Translations under genes and position numbers: made by a program
Notes under the pieces: generated by a model
Told to the model about the DNA's origin: nothing
Seen by the model: the letters and a program-made list of their open reading frames with translations, nothing else
The model's database searches: none
Origin: Candidatus Gygaella obscura
GTDB taxonomy: Bacteria; Omnitrophota; Gorgyraeia; Gygaellales; Gygaellaceae
Direction: 5' to 3'
Assembly: GCA_030765485.1 (NCBI GenBank)
Contig: JAVCCR010000032.1
Coordinates: forward strand, 1 to 53,480
Length of the DNA stretch: 53,480 nucleotides
Shown: piece by piece, positions 1 through 8,769 of the stretch
Position numbering within the stretch: the stretch's first letter is position 1
Layout of the letters: every line of letters begins with the position of its first letter

Positions 1-42
1 CCAGGTGTTAAACTATACTCGATATATAAATAATAATAAATC

Positions 43-1404
43 ATGTTACTAATTAATCCCGTATCTTTAGATGTCATGCATTCCTGTAAGATGAATACAG
101 GTCTAAGCTATATTGCATCTAGTTTAGTTGCCAAAGGCAAAAGAATGAAGCTTGTAAACTGCCAGCTTAAAAGACAGGTTGATTATGAGGCTGATATATT
201 AATTTCTCTTAAGGAACTTGATATGGTTGGTATTGCCACTAATGCCGGCAATATAACAAGTGCTTTAGCGCTTTCCAGGTTTATAAGAAAGAATTCTCCT
301 AAAACAAAAATAGTCTTTGGCGGACCCTAGGCAACGGCAATCTATGAAAGACTTATTTCTGAGTATGCTGATATTGTAGTAAGGGGCCAAGGAGAGCAGA
401 CTGTATGTGAGTTGTTTGATTTACCTTTACCGCAGATAAAAGGTATTGCCTATTGGGATAATGGTATCAAGCTTAATCAGGATCGCGAAGAGAATAGTGA
501 TTTAGATAGTTTAGCTTGGCCGTCGCATGAATTATTCTTAGACGCCCACAAGCAGTGTGTATTTCCTAGAGGTATATGCGCCCAGGTAATGACCAGCCGT
601 GGATGCAATTACAGGTGTGTTTTTTGCTCCAATACCACCCACGGCAAGGGAGTGCGTTTTAGGGATATTGCAAAGGTATTTGATGAGATTGATTATTTGA
701 TTAATAAATTAGGCGTGAGATATGTAGAAATCATCGATGAATCTTTTACTTCTTTTCCTGAGCGGGTTAAAGAGTTTTGTAAAGGTATCATAAAGAAAAA
801 CTACAAGGGTGTTTATTTTGTGCTCAATAATGGCATCAGGCCTGATATTAGCGATACTAGCATGTATAAGCTTCTTAAAAAAGCCGGTTTTGGACAGCTG
901 CGTTTTGGAATAGAGTCTGGTTCCCAAGTTGTTTTAGATGCTATGCAGAAAGATTTTACTTTGGAAAAAGTCAAATCTGCTGTTAACTCAGCAAGGGATG
1001 TAGGGATAAAGGCAGCGGCATTTTTTATGTTTGGTTTTCCTTCTGAGACTCAAGAGACTATGCGTCAGACCATAGATTTTGCAAAGAGCCTGCCTTTATG
1101 CAGGGCGTATTTTGCTATTGCTACGCCGTTTCCCGGAAGCCCGCTTCATGATATCGTTAAAAAAAGAGGAAGATTTCTAAAAGATATGGATCTGGAATCA
1201 ACAAGTATCCTTAAGGCGTGTTTTCAGATACCCGGCCTTGACCCTCAAGAGGTAGAAGATATGTTAAAACAGGCCTATAAGGAGTTTTACCTTAGACCTG
1301 TATTTCTATCCAAGCGTATTATTTTAGAAGGGCCTGTTCTTTTGACTATGCTTGCAAAAAGACTGCGCATTGAAACAAATCTAAAATACGGACAAAAAAA
1401 ATAA
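43..1404 (+). pseudogene. B12-binding-domain (class B) radical SAM enzyme, interrupted by one in-frame TAG at 328..330
   Basis: Track ORFs 43..330 and 412..1404 share a frame, and 331..411 is open. The read-through translation is ...KIVFGGP*ATAIYERLISEYADIVVRGQGEQTVCELF..., a cobalamin-binding N-domain. It continues into a CNYRCVFC (CxxxCxxC) radical SAM core. Confidence 0.7.
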
Positions 1405-1472
1405 TATAATTTATCTTGTGTTAGATAGATTATGGTTGTAACATAATAATACCAGTCACTAAAGGTGGCTGT

Positions 1473-1991
1473 ATGAAAAAAATCAAAAGCTCAAGACAGT
1501 TTTCTTTTAAAGAAGGCTGTTTTTTTTTATTGGTTTTTGTTGTTTGCCTGTTGGTTATTAAAAGCAATTGTTTTGCTTATCCGAGAGATTATTACTGTTC
1601 GACCTACAGAAAGTACAATAAGCATCAGGGGATAAATTTTGAAATAGATTACGATGATTTAGAAAGTCAGTTGAACCTGTTTTTAAACAGAAAAGTCCCT
1701 TTTAACCAGGTTAAACCCGTACAGTTTAAGCCAGCAATAACAGAAAATAACTTAGTTTTAACAAATAATAATAATAGTATTTTCTGTGGGTATTTTAAGA
1801 AGAAAAGTGATTTTAAAAGAACTTTAGATATAAGCAATAAAAGCCACTCTGAATACATAACACGTATTAAAAAAAGCATTTTCCAATTTGCACCCTTTCT
1901 AGAGCCGCAAAAGATAATTTTTGAAGATAGCGACTGCGATGGGATAGGCAATTGGTATGATAAAACCCCCCAAAATCCCAATAAAAGCTAA
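1473..1991 (+). CDS. hypothetical secreted protein (N-terminal signal peptide, C-terminal DxDxDG Ca-binding-like motif)
   Basis: Hydrophobic N-terminus FFLLVFVVCLLVIKSNCFA followed by a polar Asn/Lys-rich body. DSDCDGIGNWYD lies near the C-terminus. No family recognised. Confidence 0.5.
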   Translation: MKKIKSSRQFSFKEGCFFLLVFVVCLLVIKSNCFAYPRDYYCSTYRKYNKHQGINFEIDYDDLESQLNLFLNRKVPFNQVKPVQFKPAITENNLVLTNNNNSIFCGYFKKKSDFKRTLDISNKSHSEYITRIKKSIFQFAPFLEPQKIIFEDSDCDGIGNWYDKTPQNPNKS

Positions 1992-2023
1992 TTTTAGCTT
2001 TATAGATAAATCCTAAAATTGTA

Positions 2024-2051
2024 TTGACAGCTAAATTTAGGGGTATAAAAT
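2024..2051 (+). promoter_or_regulatory. candidate sigma70-type promoter (TTGACA-16 nt-TAAAAT) upstream of the MEDS gene
   Basis: TTGACA at 2024..2029 and TAAAAT at 2046..2051, inside the 105-nt intergenic gap. Confidence 0.4.
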
Positions 2052-2096
2052 ATAATAGAAGATTGATTTTAATAATTATTTAATTTTAAGACGATT

Positions 2097-2693
2097 ATGA
2101 GAAACTCAGGTGTTCCAATTCTAGGCGATCTGGATTGGGGAGCGCATATCTGTCAGTTCTACAGAACAAATGAAGAATTGTTAGAAATTCTCATAGGTTA
2201 TTTTAAAGCAGGCCTAGAGAATAACGAGTTCTGTATATGGAGCGTTCCAGAGACGTTAGGAATTAAAAAGGCAAAAGAAGTCTTATCAAAAAAGGTTAAA
2301 AAATTCGATACCTATCTAAAAAATAATCAAATTGAGATAGTTGATTATAAAGATATCTATTTTAAGGCAGGAATATTTTCAGCGCACAATGCTTTATTGG
2401 AGTGGTATAAAAGAAGCCAGAAAGGCTTAGATGCTGGTTTTGAAGGAGTGCGCATAAGTGGTGACGGAAGCTGGGGGCTTGAAGAGCACTGGCTTAGCAT
2501 TTCTTATTATGAGGCTGAGATCAACAGAAATATCGGCGGAGTAAAAACTATTGCTTTGTGCACATATTGTATGAATAATCTTGAGTCTGATAAGCTTATA
2601 CGTGCAGGGTTTTATCACGACTCTACGATAGTAAAAAAAGAAGGCAAATGGCGCGTATTCAATGCACAAACTTTAAGAAATATTAAACTGTAA
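2097..2693 (+). CDS. stand-alone MEDS-domain protein (DcmR-like sensory domain)
   Basis: N-terminal HICQFYRTNEELLEILIGYFKAGLENNEFCIW matches the characteristic MEDS opening motif (H.cqfY....e.......f...gl..ne.c). Confidence 0.6.
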   Translation: MRNSGVPILGDLDWGAHICQFYRTNEELLEILIGYFKAGLENNEFCIWSVPETLGIKKAKEVLSKKVKKFDTYLKNNQIEIVDYKDIYFKAGIFSAHNALLEWYKRSQKGLDAGFEGVRISGDGSWGLEEHWLSISYYEAEINRNIGGVKTIALCTYCMNNLESDKLIRAGFYHDSTIVKKEGKWRVFNAQTLRNIKL

Positions 2694-2752
2694 TAAAATT
2701 TTGTGTTTTAGGTGTTTGATTTTGTAGTATAATTTGTTAAGGGAGCAGTCTG

Positions 2753-3073
2753 ATGAATAAAAAAAGACTAATTATCGTAATAAGTGCTGTTTTGATTGTT
2801 TTGATAGGTCTTTTTATATGCAGCTATATCTGTATTTTAAGATCGCAGGTATGTTTTTTAACTAGAAACATTGATAAAATAAATAAGAATGTGGAAGATT
2901 TACAGAAAAGTGCCCAGACCGTTAATTGTCTGCAGCTTAAAGACGAGTTAGTTGTTTTACGGAGGAAAGTCAAAGGACTGGAATCTAAGCTAGGCAGAGT
3001 ATATAAAGATAGCAGCGATAAGCAAAAAGGAAATGCAGGCTATTTAATGAAAGACGGGAAAATTAACAGATAG
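2753..3073 (+). CDS. hypothetical membrane-anchored coiled-coil protein
   Basis: One N-terminal TM helix (LIIVISAVLIVLIGLFICSYI) followed by a heptad-like charged region. SD-like GGGAG lies upstream. Confidence 0.45.
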   Translation: MNKKRLIIVISAVLIVLIGLFICSYICILRSQVCFLTRNIDKINKNVEDLQKSAQTVNCLQLKDELVVLRRKVKGLESKLGRVYKDSSDKQKGNAGYLMKDGKINR

Positions 3074-3088
3074 TATTAAATAAAAACA

Positions 3089-3430
3089 ATGATAGTTAAT
3101 AAAAGACAATTTGAACGTTTTAACATGAAAGTTCCTTTTATGTATAGAAGCCTGGATTTGAAGGATTATCTTGCTTCCAATACGAATAACCTTTCACAGG
3201 CTGGTTTTGCTGCAAGGATAGACCTGCATGCCCATAGGAATAGATTAATGCAGTTTAAGTTTATTTTGCCTGAGACTAATGAGATAGTAGAATTTTTGGC
3301 TAAACTTTCCTGGGGAAAGCTAATCAGCGGATCCAGTTATGAAGCAGGTTTTGAAGTTGTTGATACCAGTAGTGATTTTAAAGATAAAATCAATTCCTTG
3401 ATAGAAAATCTCCCCAAAAATAGGAATTAA
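3089..3430 (+). CDS. PilZ-domain c-di-GMP-binding protein
   Basis: Both PilZ signature motifs are present: RxxxR (RQFER) near the N-terminus and N-x-S-x-x-G (NLSQAG) about 30 aa downstream. Confidence 0.75.
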   Translation: MIVNKRQFERFNMKVPFMYRSLDLKDYLASNTNNLSQAGFAARIDLHAHRNRLMQFKFILPETNEIVEFLAKLSWGKLISGSSYEAGFEVVDTSSDFKDKINSLIENLPKNRN

Positions 3431-3453
3431 ACACCTCCTTTTTAATTTAATCC

Positions 3454-3481
3454 TTGTAAAAATATAATTTCTTTGTATAAT
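3454..3481 (+). promoter_or_regulatory. candidate sigma70-type promoter (TTGTAA-16 nt-TATAAT) upstream of the GH17-like gene
   Basis: TTGTAA at 3454..3459 and a consensus TATAAT at 3476..3481, inside the 80-nt gap. Confidence 0.45.
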
Positions 3482-3510
3482 AAAAAAACTTATTTTATTT
3501 CATTAATATT

Positions 3511-4365
3511 ATGAAGAAATTATTTCTTTTTTCAATTTTGGTCGTAGTTCTATCCGTTAATGCTGCTTGGGCAGATTCGTTTAAGGATAAGATTAACAGT
3601 ATCCGCTGGATTGCTTATTCGCCTACCAATTATAATCCGGATAAAGGCATATATCCGCAGAAGGATTCTGTTGCTAAGGATTTAAAGGTGCTTAAAAAAT
3701 ATGGTTTTGAGGGTATTGTTACATATGGTGCGCTTGATATCTTAGGTGAGATTCCCCGTATGGCAAAAGAGATTGGTTTTAAAGGCGTTGTCATGGGTAT
3801 CTGGGATATTGCCAATAGGGACGAGATTATAAATGCCACTTTAGCCAAGAATTATGTTGATGGTTATTGCATGGGTAATGAGGGTCTAAATAAAAGATAT
3901 GATTTAGCAGCTTTAAAATCCGCAATTAAATCTTTGAAGTTAAGTACTGATAAGCCGGTTACTACAACTGAGGAGATATTCGATTACGCCAATGACGATG
4001 TATTTAAATTGGGAGATTGGATTTTTCCCAATATCCATCCCTTTTTATGCAATGTTAAAGATCCAGAAAAAGCAATCTACTGGACAAAGGGCCATTATAA
4101 TATATTAAATAAGCATAATACTGATTCGCGGGCGATTATTTTTAAAGAAACCGGGTTTCCGACAAAAGGCATGTATGCGGCAACCCAAGATAATCAAAAA
4201 GAGTATTTTCTTTTACTTGAAAAAGCTGGAATTCCCTTTGTATATTTCGAGGCCTTTGACCAGAGTTGGAAGGCGCATTTGCCTTGTGAGATGCATTGGG
4301 GTCTTTTTGATTTAAAAAGGCGCCCCAAGAAGTTTATCCGCGATAAATTATTCACTAAAAAATAG
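3511..4365 (+). CDS. secreted glycoside hydrolase family 17-like beta-1,3-glucanase/glucanosyltransferase
   Basis: Signal peptide (LFLFSILVVVLSVNAAWA). Motifs seen: IAYSPT, MGNEGL (acid/base Glu), PVTTTE, NIHPF, KETGFPTKG (nucleophile Glu, cf. ETGWPS), FEAFDQSWK, HWGLF. Confidence 0.7.
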   Translation: MKKLFLFSILVVVLSVNAAWADSFKDKINSIRWIAYSPTNYNPDKGIYPQKDSVAKDLKVLKKYGFEGIVTYGALDILGEIPRMAKEIGFKGVVMGIWDIANRDEIINATLAKNYVDGYCMGNEGLNKRYDLAALKSAIKSLKLSTDKPVTTTEEIFDYANDDVFKLGDWIFPNIHPFLCNVKDPEKAIYWTKGHYNILNKHNTDSRAIIFKETGFPTKGMYAATQDNQKEYFLLLEKAGIPFVYFEAFDQSWKAHLPCEMHWGLFDLKRRPKKFIRDKLFTKK

Positions 4366-4409
4366 CTTTTTTTGCCTGCCTACGAGTAAAATCTATATAG
4401 TTATTTTGT

Positions 4410-4438
4410 TTGACGATATATCAGGAATTTGATATATT
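4410..4438 (+). promoter_or_regulatory. candidate sigma70-type promoter (TTGACG-17 nt-TATATT) upstream of purB
   Basis: TTGACG at 4410..4415 and TATATT at 4433..4438, inside the 129-nt gap. AAAGGAG SD lies before the ATG at 4495. Confidence 0.45.
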
Positions 4439-4494
4439 ATATTGTCAATAGTTTGCTTGTGTCTTTAAAATAATCCCAATTTAAAGGAGCATTT

Positions 4495-5787
4495 ATGATC
4501 GCAAGATATACGAGGCCGGGTATGGCAAAGATTTGGTCTGATAAGGCTAAATTTAATGCCATGCTTAAGGTAGAACTTTTGGTTTGTGAGGCGTATAACA
4601 AACTGGGTAAGATCTCCAAAAAAGATTTAAGCGCAATCAATAAAAAGGCTGAATTTAATGTTGATAGCATAAACAAAATAGAGGAAAAAACCCATCATGA
4701 TGTGGTTGCTTTTGTAAAAGAGCTGGAGCGTCACATAGGCAAACAGGCAAAATATATACACATGGGTATAACCTCTTCGGATGTTTTAGATACGGGTTTA
4801 AGCATTCAGCTTGTTCAGGCAAGCGATATTTTAATTGCCGATGTAAAGAAAATCATAAATATACTAAAGAAAAAGGCAGTGCGTTATAAGGATATGGTTT
4901 GCATCGGAAGGACCCATGGCGTGCATGCAGAGCCGGTTACTTTGGGTTTAAAGTTTGCGCTTTGGTATGAAGAGATGAATCGTAATCTAACACGCCTTTT
5001 AACAGCTAAGCAGACTATAAGTGTGGGTAAGATTTCAGGAGCTGTGGGAACGTATTCTAATATTGAACCGTTTATTGAAAAGTATGTTTGCTCTAAACTT
5101 AAAATAAAGTCGGCAAATGTATCTACGCAGATAATTCAGCGCGACCGACACGCAGAATATATTGCTGTCTTAGCGATAACCGGAGCTAGTTTAGAAAAGA
5201 TAGCTTTAGAAATTAGGCATCTGCAAAAAACAGAAGTCAGAGAACTGGAAGAACCTTTTAGAAAAGGCCAAACCGGTTCCTCAGCCATGCCGCATAAGCG
5301 TAATCCTGTAATCTGCGAAAGGATCTGTGGCTTGGCAAGACTGTTGCGCGGTTACAGTACATCAGCTATGGAAAACATTGCACTTTGGCATGAGCGTGAT
5401 ATCAGCCATTCTTCGGTTGAGCGCGTGATCATTCCTGATGCAACCACTGTTTTAGATTATATGTGTACTAAGGCAATTGAGGTTTTAGATGGTTTGATTG
5501 TCTATCCGGATAATATGCTGATTAATCTTACTAAAACCAGAGGATTGATATTTTCCCAGAGGGTTTTGGTTGAGCTTATGAATAAGGGTCTGGTAAGGAC
5601 GAAGGCTTATGACTTGGTGCAGCGCGCTGCGATGAAGACCTGGAATACAAAGAAAGAATTTAAACACTGCTTAAGAGAAGATAAGCAAGTAAGAAAGATA
5701 CTAGGTGATAAACAGCTGGATAGAATCTTTAGTCTTGATTATTATTTGCGTAACGTGAATAAGATATTTAAAAACGTCGGCTTATAA
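4495..5787 (+). CDS. purB: adenylosuccinate lyase
   Basis: 430 aa. MIARYTRPGM start, GITSSDVLDT, and the fumarate-lyase signature GSSAMPHKRNP. Confidence 0.95.
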   Translation: MIARYTRPGMAKIWSDKAKFNAMLKVELLVCEAYNKLGKISKKDLSAINKKAEFNVDSINKIEEKTHHDVVAFVKELERHIGKQAKYIHMGITSSDVLDTGLSIQLVQASDILIADVKKIINILKKKAVRYKDMVCIGRTHGVHAEPVTLGLKFALWYEEMNRNLTRLLTAKQTISVGKISGAVGTYSNIEPFIEKYVCSKLKIKSANVSTQIIQRDRHAEYIAVLAITGASLEKIALEIRHLQKTEVRELEEPFRKGQTGSSAMPHKRNPVICERICGLARLLRGYSTSAMENIALWHERDISHSSVERVIIPDATTVLDYMCTKAIEVLDGLIVYPDNMLINLTKTRGLIFSQRVLVELMNKGLVRTKAYDLVQRAAMKTWNTKKEFKHCLREDKQVRKILGDKQLDRIFSLDYYLRNVNKIFKNVGL

Positions 5788-5843
5788 CCTGCCAACTTGA
5801 TTAATATCTTTCATTTTTAATTTAAAACTCAGAAAATATAAAA

Positions 5844-8765
5844 ATGTTTTGGCGTATTGAGCTAAGAGAGAAAAAAGGCAATTATGATCCTGTCGCAGCA
5901 GCTTTAAAAAAGGACATAAAAGACTTAGGGATAAAGCAAGTAAAGCAGGTAAACTATATCCATAATTTTCTTATTGAATCAGACCTTACGGAAAAACAAG
6001 TTACGCTTATCGCAGAGAGGCTTTTAGTTGATGATGTAACCCAGGAATATAGCCTCAGTCCATTTAAATACAGCGCAAAAGATTCTTATATAGTTGAAGT
6101 GGCCTATAATCGAGGGGTTATGGATCCGGTGGAAGAATCTTTTTTAAAGGCAGTAAAAGATCTAGATATTGATAATCAAATCATTGTAAAAACTTCCCGA
6201 AAATATATCCTTCAAGGTAAACTAAATAAATCCCAGATAGATTTGATAAAGGAAAAACTTCTTTATAACAAGTTGATTCAGCATATTGTAAAAGACGAGG
6301 ACAGCTTGAGAGATTCTTTAAAGATAAAAAAACCGGCTGTTGATAATTTTAAATCTAGAATTATTGATATCATCAATGCCAGCGATCAGGTTCTTAAACA
6401 GACCAGCAGCCAGATGCAACTATTTTTAAATATCGTGGAGATGCGTACGATTAAGGATTATTTTTCTAAGTTAAATCGTAACCCTACTGATTGCGAGCTG
6501 GAGACAATAGCTCAGACCTGGAGCGAACACTGCAATCATAAAACCTTAAGGGGAAATATTCATTATACCGAGAAGACCTTTAAAGATAAAAAGCTGGTTG
6601 AAAAAAAGGTATTTATAAATAATCTTCTTAAACAAACGATTATGAAGGTTACGCGTCTTTTGAAAAAGAGCTGGTGCGTTTCGGTATTTGAAGATAACTC
6701 CGGGATAATCAGGTTTGATGAAAAACACAATATTTGTTTTAAAGTGGAAACCCATAATCATCCTTCAGCCTTAGAGCCTTTTGGCGGCGCCAATACCGGA
6801 ATTGGCGGAGTAATCAGAGATTGTCTGGGTACAGGCCTGGGGGCAAAGCCGATATTAAATACAGATGTTTTTTGTTTTGCCCAGCCGGACTACCCTTTTA
6901 CAAAAATTCCTGCTGGCATCTTGCATCCTAAAAGAGTGATTAAAGGGGTAGTAAGCGGTGTACGCGACTATGGTAATAAAATGGGAATTCCTACAGTAAA
7001 CGGGGCTGTGCTTTTTCATGAAAGGTTTTTAGGTAATCCTTTGGTTTATTGCGGTACAATCGGCATTCTGCCTAAAGATAAATCTTTTAAAAAAGTAAAT
7101 AATCGTGATTTGATTGTTGTTGTTGGAGGCAAAACCGGGCGCGACGGTATACACGGTGCGACTTTTTCTTCAGGGGATCTGACTCATGAATCAGAAGAAG
7201 TCTCTAGCGGCGCAGTGCAGATCGGTAATCCCATTGAAGAGAAAAAAGTTACGGATGTAATAATAAAAGCAAGAGATAAGAATTTATATACTTCTATAAC
7301 TGATTGTGGTGCAGGCGGGCTTTCCAGTGCAGTAGGCGAGATGGGGATAACCTTAGGTGCAAGGGTGGATCTGGAAAAGGTTCCTTTAAAATATGAGGGA
7401 TTAAGCTATGATGAAATCTGGATATCAGAGTCGCAGGAACGTATGGTTTTAAGCGTTGCGCCAAGAAAGGTAAAATCTTTGATAAAGTTATTTGCCGAGG
7501 AAAATGTAGAGGCAACTGTAATTGGTGAATTTATTGATTCTAAAAAACTAGAGTTGTTTTTTCACGGCAATAGAGTGTGTGAATTAGATATGCACTTTTT
7601 ACATGAAGGTGTTCCTAGATTAGAAAAACAAGCTGAATTTAGCGAGTTGAATCCGCAAGGAATAAGTTTTAAACAGCCTAAAGATCTAACGGAGGTATTA
7701 AAAAAGCTTCTTTGTTCTTACGATATCTGTTCTAAGGAATGGGTAATCAGGCAGTACGACCATGAGGTTCAGGCAGGCTCTGTAATAAAACCGCTAACAG
7801 GAGTTAAAAATGATGGTCCTTCAGATGCCTCGGTAGTAAGGCCGTTATTGGATTCCAAGAAGGCAGTGGCGGTTGCAAACGGAATAAATTTTCGTTACGG
7901 TATGATTGATCCCTTTTGGATGGCAGCCTCGGCAATCGATGAGGCCTTAAGACAGATTGTCTGTGTGGGTGGATCAATTGAGAGGCTAGCTATTCTTGAT
8001 AATTTTTGCTGGGGTAATCCGGATAAGCCGGATAGGCTTGGAGGCCTGGTTAGGTGCGCATTAGGATGTTTTTACGCAGCAAAAGAGTTTAAGGTGCCTT
8101 TTATTTCCGGGAAAGACAGCCTTTACAATGAATTTGTTTCAGGCAAAAATACAATTGAGATTCCCGGTACGATTCTGATTTCAGCCATGGCGGTTATGGA
8201 AGATGCAAATAAAGCCATAACAATGGACTTTAAGGATAAAAATAATCTTATTTATATAGTCGGAACTACCTTTGATGAGTTGGGTGGTTCACAGTATCTA
8301 GATATAGTTAAAAAAAGTTCTACTTTTGTTCCTAAGGTGGATGCAAGACTTGCCAGAAAATCAATGTTAAACTTGCAAACTGCAATTAACAAAGGCTGGG
8401 TAAGAAGCTGTCATGATTGTTCTGAGGGAGGCCTGGCAGTAAGTTTATCCGAGATGTGTTTGGCTTCTGGTTTTGGTGCAAATATTGATTTGGCTAAGGT
8501 TCCTTTTAGCCCAATCAATCAACCGCAGCTAAAGACAAGAGAAGATGTAATATTATTCTCGCAGTCAAATTCGCGTTTTATTATTGAGGTTGAGCCGGAT
8601 AATAAAGATAGCTTGGAAAAGGCATTAAAGGGCGTTGTTTTTTCCTGTATCGGCAGCGTGACTGATTCTGCGTATCTAGAAATAAACGGGCTTAAAAAGA
8701 AAACAGTAATTAAGGAAAAGATTTCACAGTTAAAGGAAAGCTGGCAGAAAACATTAAGGTGGTGA
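5844..8765 (+). CDS. purL: FGAM synthase subunit PurL with two N-terminal PurS-like domains (PurS-PurS-PurL fusion)
   Basis: 973 aa. The PurL core contains SEHCNHKT, ETHNHPS and DCGAGGLSSAVGEM. It is preceded by about 160 aa forming two PurS-like repeats. Confidence 0.9.
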   Translation: MFWRIELREKKGNYDPVAAALKKDIKDLGIKQVKQVNYIHNFLIESDLTEKQVTLIAERLLVDDVTQEYSLSPFKYSAKDSYIVEVAYNRGVMDPVEESFLKAVKDLDIDNQIIVKTSRKYILQGKLNKSQIDLIKEKLLYNKLIQHIVKDEDSLRDSLKIKKPAVDNFKSRIIDIINASDQVLKQTSSQMQLFLNIVEMRTIKDYFSKLNRNPTDCELETIAQTWSEHCNHKTLRGNIHYTEKTFKDKKLVEKKVFINNLLKQTIMKVTRLLKKSWCVSVFEDNSGIIRFDEKHNICFKVETHNHPSALEPFGGANTGIGGVIRDCLGTGLGAKPILNTDVFCFAQPDYPFTKIPAGILHPKRVIKGVVSGVRDYGNKMGIPTVNGAVLFHERFLGNPLVYCGTIGILPKDKSFKKVNNRDLIVVVGGKTGRDGIHGATFSSGDLTHESEEVSSGAVQIGNPIEEKKVTDVIIKARDKNLYTSITDCGAGGLSSAVGEMGITLGARVDLEKVPLKYEGLSYDEIWISESQERMVLSVAPRKVKSLIKLFAEENVEATVIGEFIDSKKLELFFHGNRVCELDMHFLHEGVPRLEKQAEFSELNPQGISFKQPKDLTEVLKKLLCSYDICSKEWVIRQYDHEVQAGSVIKPLTGVKNDGPSDASVVRPLLDSKKAVAVANGINFRYGMIDPFWMAASAIDEALRQIVCVGGSIERLAILDNFCWGNPDKPDRLGGLVRCALGCFYAAKEFKVPFISGKDSLYNEFVSGKNTIEIPGTILISAMAVMEDANKAITMDFKDKNNLIYIVGTTFDELGGSQYLDIVKKSSTFVPKVDARLARKSMLNLQTAINKGWVRSCHDCSEGGLAVSLSEMCLASGFGANIDLAKVPFSPINQPQLKTREDVILFSQSNSRFIIEVEPDNKDSLEKALKGVVFSCIGSVTDSAYLEINGLKKKTVIKEKISQLKESWQKTLRW

Positions 8766-8769
8766 AAGG

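Noticed and set aside
328-330. Pyrrolysine, or TAG reassignment / alternative genetic code, as an explanation for the in-frame TAG
   Set aside because: TAG terminates several well-defined genes in this same window, and TGA and TAA also behave as stops. No pyl genes or methylamine methyltransferases are visible. The simpler explanations (error or pseudogene) remain in the findings.
4351-4377. A6-TAGC-T7 element at the end of the GH17 gene as a terminator
   Set aside because: The stem would be pure A:T with no G:C pairs, which is too unstable to call. The 1984..2001 AAAGCTA/TAGCTTT hairpin is likewise weak and lacks a T-run.
4439-4494. Possible purine or ZTP riboswitch in the purB leader, and upstream of glyA
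   Set aside because: The leader after the putative promoter is only ~50 nt. It lacks the conserved purine-riboswitch junction sequences and the ZTP pseudoknot motifs. glyA has no upstream non-coding space at all.
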